The position numbers and the translations under genes were made by a program. From NCBI RefSeq assembly GCF_964355755.1, contig NC_092679.1, positions 18,335,432 to 18,399,431 on the forward strand: a DNA stretch of 64,000 nt, read 5' to 3'. Shown piece after piece: positions 63,745 to 64,000 of this stretch; position 1 is the first letter of the stretch; each line of letters begins with the position of its first letter. This DNA comes from Antedon mediterranea (Eukaryota > Animalia > Echinodermata). Below the pieces are notes generated by a model. That model saw only the letters and a program-made list of their open reading frames with translations. It ran no database searches and had not been told where the DNA came from.

Positions 63745-64000
63745 CTACAAGAAAAAAAAAAGAACAGTATTTATATACAGAATGAAATTTCTTTTGCAAT
63801 AACTTTCATAAAACGTCAGTAAATACATTCTCTCGTTATATCATATATCGTGAGTAGTCTAGCAATGTTCTTATATCTTTTTATAAATTTAAGATCTCTT
63901 TTTAAATCTTTTGTATGCATAAGATTTGAATGGATTATTTCTATTGAGTATACTTTTTACCATTTTCATCTGACTTGATATGATCATGTAAACAACCCTT

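Overview
AT-rich, intron-containing animal genomic DNA. It is probably an invertebrate deuterostome, possibly an echinoderm (inference from gene content, intronless GPCR arrays and TAGGCCTA-rich low-complexity sequence). Left to right: a 9-exon NUSAP1-like gene (+) whose 5-kb first intron holds nested non-autonomous DNA transposons; a tandem cluster of six paralogous 72-76-aa Cys-containing membrane microproteins (-), each encoded in a single exon; TRAPPC6B (-) head-to-head with pinin/PNN (+), 147 bp between ATGs; a 5S-rRNA-derived SINE; a 5'-truncated LINE with an open RT frame; three intronless NRY-type class A GPCR paralogs with progressively longer third intracellular loops, plus one unrelated DRY-type GPCR; several satellites, two of them arising inside transposons; and a 6-exon ACTMAP/C19orf54 gene (-) with a U12-type intron and a partly duplicated exon. 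The strongest candidate for an under-described system is the microprotein cluster and its apparent shared-leader/alternative-terminal-exon architecture. Exon models were read by eye from GT/AG sites and phase consistency. No database searches were run; comparisons to human proteins are from memory.
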